Below are positions 58,842 through 64,000 of a DNA stretch of 64,000 bases, piece after piece. The notes under the pieces are model-generated. The model saw only the letters and a list, made by a program, of their open reading frames with translations, was not told where the DNA came from and did no database searches. This stretch comes from Paraphysomonas bandaiensis (lineage: Eukaryota > Protista > Chrysophyceae): the NCBI GenBank assembly GCA_965644295.1, contig CBFFRP010000153.1, positions 1-64,000 on the forward strand, in the 5' to 3' direction. Numbering within the stretch: position 1 is the first letter of the stretch; every line of letters starts with the position of its first letter. The position numbers and the translations under genes are program-made.

Positions 58842-61587
58842 TCATTCACGAAGTCCCGACTCTAAGAAAGCAATATCAATAGCATGATCACGAAATTGCT
58901 CTTGCAGTGAGGATGACCCGTCATGACCACAATCTTGTGTTCTCACAAACACCAGTGCACTGTCAGTAGCAACACTGCTGGAACTAGAGTTCAGCAACTC
59001 ACATCTCTCACGGATAAGTTGAACCCATCTAAGACTTTCCTTTGGCGACACTCGATCATCGAGGAGTCCTACAGTAATTAGACAACGAGGAAGGGACTTC
59101 TGATTGGCTTTTAAAACCAAGTTACTGACATTTTCGCAGGGTGCATAAGACCTTATGTACTTCAGCACTTTGTTTGAAGTTTGAGCAGTTGAAGCTTCCA
59201 CTTCACTGGTGTCATGGTCACTTGTATGCTTGCGCGAGGTATTCCCCCACTCATCATATTCATGTATAACCAGAGCAGATGATGGATCTTGAACAGTATG
59301 GTATATATCCAAAAAAGGGTTCCTATAATCGACAATTACTGTATGCAAACAAAACATAGAATCAATAACCTCATAACCACAGCAGCGAACAAGTGTGAAA
59401 AGTTATTTATCATTACTCCAATAATTAAACCTCCAGCACTATGACCACTTGCACACAAAAGTGAAGGAGTAGAGTAACCTGTGCAACTCACAGTTAAAGA
59501 TGCATATATGCAGTTATATTACTGCGAAACATGCTTCAGCATACACTGCAGCCAGCACTATACCTTGAGAAATCAAATACTCCGCACAAGCCCTATAGTC
59601 ACTAAAAGTGTTCCACTTGCTCATTCCAGAGCCTTGATCGTGGTGAACTTTTCCTAACTCGCCTCCACCCCTACCCATAAAAACAAGCCCAGATCAGAAC
59701 ACAACTTTCAGGGATAACCGTCACACAGATACATACCTGACTTGTGCGAAAGCAACAATCCATCCTCTACTCAACATTACGGCAATCTCTGGCCTATAAT
59801 TCATCGGCAGACACACACCGTATGCTCCATATGCAAATAAAACTGTAGGGCGTGGGGTGTTTCCGTCAGCAGGACCAACTTTATAGGAATCCTCGCGGGA
59901 TCCAGGGCTGCATATTAACATTGGAATGGTGTATCCATCATGTGCCTTTACATGAACCACGTTCGAAGAGAAAGTACACATCTCGGTATCAGAGGATATA
60001 CATTCCGTGAGTAGAGGAGATGTAGTAAGCTTCGATTGCACGATTTCACCTGCCTCCAGGTCCAATTCAAATGCAGCCTCTACAAGGGTGGACTATCAAC
60101 GACACATGCAACAGCTGAAGCACAACACGTTTTTATATGACTAAACTATATACTTTATCAGTAACATTGTCTCTATAACATCCCATAAAGCAGTATTCAG
60201 ACCAAAAATACAACATACCTGGCAGAAGTGGAGATGAAACCGAAAATCGCACAGATCTAGACTGGTAATTCGCATTTGCACCAGGTGTCAGGCTTGCAGG
60301 CCGGTATCCTGAAAGCGCTTGTAGACTATCTGAGTTATATTCTCTCAGTACCTGGCTATCGCTGACCCGAATGAGCTGCACAAATATATCACCTCTGTTA
60401 TCCCTACCATAGACAACCATTCGGTGTTCGAATATGTCAAAATCATCCAGGGAGTACACTCGCAAGGGGTCTGGGGTTGTCGGCCACAAAAGAGTGCATT
60501 TACTTTTCGTTGCATCATATGTAGTGAATGCGCCTTGCGAAGAATACTTGAATATGGACAACTCGTTCTTGGGGTGTGCGTCGTCAGTTGATTCCCTGAT
60601 AGAAAGATTCAGTTGCCGCCTAGCAACAATGAACCAACCAGGTACATGATTGACAAACCATTGCTCACCAACAACTTTCTCCTTAATAGTTATTGCATCC
60701 GAATTCGGAGTACGTGCATCAAAAGCTGTGACTTGTGAAGTTTTCTTCGAATGGTGGTGCACTAATATATAGGAGTCGTCCTTGGAGCGCATGATGTCTA
60801 GAAAGTAAGCAGGATCAGCTTCATGCAAACACAGTTCCATCGTCACAACGGGTGCATGTTCAGATACACGCATTGTTCTCATGCGCTGTACAGTAGTGCG
60901 CATCATGGTTTTACCAAAAACCTCTCTGTATGATAAATTTAGGCGAAGAACTTGAGATGGGCGGACACCATCTTCTGTACTGGTCACATACATCGACATA
61001 CCATGCGAAGAGGATGCAGAGGCAATTTCAACATCGACCGGACAAATATGTCCAGGAAAATTAACTTCACATACCACATTTCTTTCAATATGCTTAACGA
61101 GAAGTAACTGACGATTAGATTCAAGCAACGACAAAACGAATGCAGTAATACTATGGTCAGGAGATAGCTTCAGGCTATTTACTGTGATTAGTTCACTGTA
61201 GAATGTGCCAAGTTTGTCGACATCTACAACTAGTTCACTCTTATTTTCCCCTGTTTGTCCTGCTGGTTGGCGATATAAATTTGCATGATTCTGATCGGCT
61301 AAACGACGAAACATGTACTCATATGGCCCTGACACGTCATGCATATCTTCCGATTGACAATCATCACTTGAAGTGGCTAAGTACTCGTCTCTAATACTAC
61401 GCTCAATGTCCGATATACTACTTTGTAAGTTTGCTATGTATTTCTCATACTTTCGGTTTTCAACTTCAAATTTCTGATGTAGAGGCGATCTGTGTGTGCA
61501 TGCGGAGCGAAGAGCAATCAGCAGACTCCTCTGAGGGCGTCGAGCGCACACGAGGAAGGAGCTGCATTTAATCAGAACAGTACTCAT
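58842..61587 (-). CDS. Prolyl oligopeptidase family S9A (oligopeptidase B-like), multi-exon, possible mitochondrial presequence
   Basis: Beta-propeller region (LKLSPDH) and YGAYG. GHSAGG nucleophile motif near 59429-59446, EYDEWGN, DDRV, GHDG. Arg/Ser-rich N-terminus. Confidence 0.85.
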
Positions 61588-62093
61588 CGCCTATGAATGA
61601 GGCACACCATAACCACAATTCAGAGTGAAGCAAACCATATATATGCATGAACAGTATGCACAATGCACACAGATAGATGCACTCAGCTGTTCAACTGGCA
61701 CACTGTGAAGATCATACTACAGCACCGTATTGTACTCATATACATTCACTGTATATACGATATACGCATCTCTGTATACCGGATGGGTGTGGTGTGTGGT
61801 GGCCTCATATGATCGTATGCGGTGTATGTATAGTATATAGTATACTGTATATGTGTGTGTGTGTCGCTGGGGCTGGAGCGTGTATGGTATACTGTATACC
61901 TCTGCATAACTATACGTCGACCAGCATACCGCATGGCATAAATCAATCATACAGACACACTTACATACTAGCTTGAAATGCATCTTGATGCCCCGAATCT
62001 TGTGATTACGTGTGGCGTATTAAGCGGTGGATCCGTTGAATATATTTCAAGATAGCTCGTATTGAACAGGTAGAGTTGAGCGGCGGGAGCAAT

Positions 62094-64000
62094 ATGCTGC
62101 AGCCTGCCCCTGCAGACGACTCCGCTGAAGACGACTCGGCGAGTACTGTCGTTGAGGATTATAAATTTCATTTTTCTCGGTGAGTGTGTGTGCATGTGTT
62201 GCTGTGTGTCTGTGTGATGCGATGTGGTGTGTCGCAGGTCGAATCTTCTCAGCATGGCTCTGGTTGTGTTCATTGTGGTGCTGATGATACCTCTCGTACT
62301 TCAGAACGATACTGACGGCTACTTCTTTGCTGGTGGAGTTCTTGGAGCAGTTTCTTCGGTAATATCGCATACTGTACACTCATATTTCTTATTTGTGTTA
62401 GGGTGTCGTCCTGGTGAGTTTTCTGCTGCATCCATCGAGAAGAACTCCGTCCATGTCGCTGCTATCATTCCGCGCCCTGTGCGACATGGGTATAGGATTC
62501 AGGTTCATATTCAATAGCTACTTCAATCAGAACCTCTGTGGGGACTCACACTGTGATATCGATGATGGTAAGCTGGTCTGTTTCGTGACCCTTGTGTGAC
62601 CTTATTGTTGTCCAGATGAAGTAGGCAGCAACGATGAGCTGTACCGGAACTGCTCCGCACCCTCCGGAATGATTGAGTTTTTCGAACTCGCCTCTGAAGC
62701 GTGGTTTTTTTGTCTGGCCTTTGACCTCGCGGTCTCTATCACTAATCCCTTCTCGTCTTTCAGCCAGCGGTAGGCACTGCACTTCGGCATCACAATTGAC
62801 TGAACCGTTCTTTGTAGGATGAAGTATTACCATGTTGTGAGCTGGGGGTTTGGACTAGGCATGGCGCTTGTCCTCTCTCTCACACGAGGTCTACATGGGT
62901 TTTGGTATGTTGACGAGAGTGTTGACACAACTGCTATATGTTGGATAAAGTCTCGTAAGGATGGTAGGCTAAATTTCCGCACATTCGTGTTCTTGTATAT
63001 TCCACTTGTGGTGGTGTATGTGTATTGTCTGCGGGTTTTAAGCGGTGCCTATTCTCACCTACGTAAGGGTATATCGAAAACTTTTCAGCATCGCGTTAGA
63101 GTTCTTGTCATGAACTCTATCAATATTGGGATTTACATGCTGTACTGGGCAGTTTTGGGTGTTATGTATGCTTTCGCATACGCTTTCTCTGAAAAAAATC
63201 GCATTGTGTCACGGTGGTTCTGGCGCGTCGTTATGTTTATAATATCATCAAAAGGGTTTGCCGACTTGATTGTGTTCATCCTCGTTAGCGACGCTCAAGT
63301 GCCCACAGGTAAGGGTGATACGGAGTCGCTTGATGTGAATGGGGCACTGCGACAGGAGGTACTGCATTATGCCACCACTGGTATACGCGAGTGTGCCGCT
63401 CGAAAGACGGACTCCCCATCTAAAAGGAAACTGGTGCTGCTTATGTCACAGAAAAACATTCCTTTACAAAATATTCTTACTCTGCAACACCTTCTTAGAT
63501 TGGTATTCAGCGGTAGAGACGTAAGTAACAGCACAAACAGCATGGACACGGGAGGAGGCTTGGAGGAGGGATTGGCCCAGCAAATGGACACTGAGCTGCT
63601 CCATGTTGACGACGAAGAAGGAGGGCGCGTTCCAGCTAGACGCATGAAGCCGCGTCGGAGTACTCTTGGGAAGATGCATGCTTTCCCCCAAGGCTACGGA
63701 AAGGACGGTGAATCCCTACCTCAGCCCAATCCCTCCGAAATCTCCGGATGGGAATCAAGCAGAGGAGTTTCTGCGAGTTCTGTTGATCACAGTGAAGATC
63801 GGAACCAATCGTCGGTTGCTTCAAGTCCAACTATCACCTTTGTCGACTGGGTAAAGTCATCTTTTACTGGCAGACTGGACACCGGTAGCACCTCCTCGAG
63901 AAGCGCTACGAAATCTTCCCCAGATAAGTCTATTCGAATGAGTAGTTTATCTTCGCTGGAGTCTGATGTTCCAAATTCTGCACCCGTGAAAGAGGGTTTG
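62094..64000 (+). CDS. 7TM receptor with an LR-x9-GI motif, probably a GPCR-PIPK; runs off the window
   Basis: Spliced TM-rich exons (ASEAWFFCLAFDLAVSITNPF; YHVVSW; CWIK; LRKGISKTF). The last exon 62818-64000 is open to the edge and contains LRQEVLHYATTGI (63347-63385). The kinase domain is not in the window. Confidence 0.7.

Noticed and set aside
61677-62379. Low-complexity ORFs in promoter gaps (also 54552..55058, 35933..36388)
   Set aside because: They are products of CA/TG- and TA-rich promoter sequence or antisense shadows of real genes.

Overview
Gene-dense eukaryotic nuclear DNA with short GT-AG introns (about 50-140 nt). It is most likely a stramenopile or other SAR protist; this is inferred from a GPCR-PIPK-type receptor, an oomycete-like hAT transposase and the intron style. 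Bases 1-13279 are a non-LTR retrotransposon (APE-RT-RNase H-Zn finger) split by a young, full-length Ty3/Gypsy LTR element (1094-9703). Host genes follow: URC1-like GTP cyclohydrolase, STI1/HOP, a membrane-anchored subtilisin, a GBF1/GNOM-type ARF-GEF, an orphan membrane protein, an alpha/beta-hydrolase-FYVE protein, an ArgRS-N/C2H2/ankyrin protein, a triple GT92-like protein, SF3B4, an S9A oligopeptidase and the 5' part of a GPCR-PIPK-like gene. Between them lie a hAT transposon, a solo LTR, a hAT-type MITE and a ~2.9 kb 14-bp satellite. The most interesting signal is a ~480-520 bp dispersed non-coding element with about 9 copies or fragments in the window. Its head can be folded by eye into an HDV-like self-cleaving ribozyme. 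Its 3' part is shared with the 3' UTR of the LINE in this window, including a covarying GNRA hairpin, and two insertions carry 13-bp target-site duplications. Together this suggests a ribozyme-headed SINE and its partner LINE. All family assignments come from motif recognition by eye; no searches were run.
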